DNA of 64,000 nucleotides, taken from the NCBI RefSeq assembly GCF_963921235.1, contig NC_086108.1, forward strand, positions 109,122,001 through 109,186,000, in the 5' to 3' direction. This document shows positions 63,236 through 64,000 of the stretch, one piece after another (positions within the stretch are counted from its first letter, which is position 1; every line of letters begins with the position of its first letter). The position numbers and the translations under genes were made by a program. The notes beneath the pieces are model-generated. The model was not told the DNA's origin, did not search any database, and was given only the letters and a program-made list of their open reading frames with translations. This DNA is from Mobula hypostoma. Lineage: Eukaryota.

Positions 63236-64000
63236 ACATGGTCCAGACATAGGCAGATGGAACTCAGTTAGGAAGTAGGCAGTTTAAATGGTTCAGCACG
63301 GACCAGGTGGACTGAAAAGCTTGTTTCTGTGCTGTTTTTTTTTTGACTCTGTAATATATATTTAAAAAATTAGATAGGCACGTCAGAATCAGAATCAGGT
63401 TTAATATCACCAACATATGTCATGAGATTTGTTGTTTTGCAGCAGCAGTACACTGTAATACATAATAAAAGAAACTATAAATTATAAATGATATACAACA
63501 TATCTATAAAAAAATTAAATGCATGGTACAAAGGGAGAGAAAAAATGATGATGTAGTGTTTCTGGGTTCATTGTCCATTCAGAAATCTGATGGCAGTGAA
63601 GAAAAAGCTATTCGTGAAATGTTGAGTGTGTGCCTTCAGGCTGCTGGACCTCTTCCTTGATGGTAGCAATGAGAAGAGGGCACGTCCTGCATGATGGATG
63701 CTCCCTTTTTGAAGCACAGCTTTTTGAAGGTGTCCTCAGATCTGGGAGGCTAGTGCTCGTGATTGAGCTGACTGAGTTTACAACTTTCTGCAGCTTTTTC
63801 TGATCCTGTGCAGTGGCCCCTCCATGCCAGCCAGTGATACAGCCAGTTAGAATGGTCGCCATGGACATCTAAGATTGACCAGCGTAAGCAAGTTAATAGA
63901 CAATAGACAATAGGTTCAGGAGTAGGCCATTCAGCCCATCAAGCCAGCACCGCCATTCACTGTGATCATGGCTGATCATGCACAATCAGTATCCAGTTCC

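Overview
Eukaryotic, almost entirely repeat-derived DNA (intronic or intergenic) with no recognisable host protein-coding gene. The repeat mix suggests a cartilaginous fish such as a ray (inference). It includes CR1 LINEs with an SGNH-esterase ORF1, Rex1/Babar and RTE LINEs, V-SINE/HE1-like SINEs, Neptune-type Penelope-like elements (PLEs), a Tc1 IR/DR transposon, a Gypsy element, a solo LTR, hAT MITEs and a Chapaev-like transposase remnant. All long ORFs are decayed transposable-element (TE) ORFs. The most interesting signal is a family of short (100-250 bp), often fold-back PLE derivatives with 12-14 bp target-site duplications (TSDs). They carry a minimal type I hammerhead ribozyme motif (AGUC-CUGA[C/U]GA-stem II-GAAAC-GUC^GACU). 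Their 5' truncation or fold-back points cluster inside the ribozyme, in one case at the predicted cleavage site. Family assignments come from motif recognition by eye, not database searches, and boundaries of old elements are approximate.
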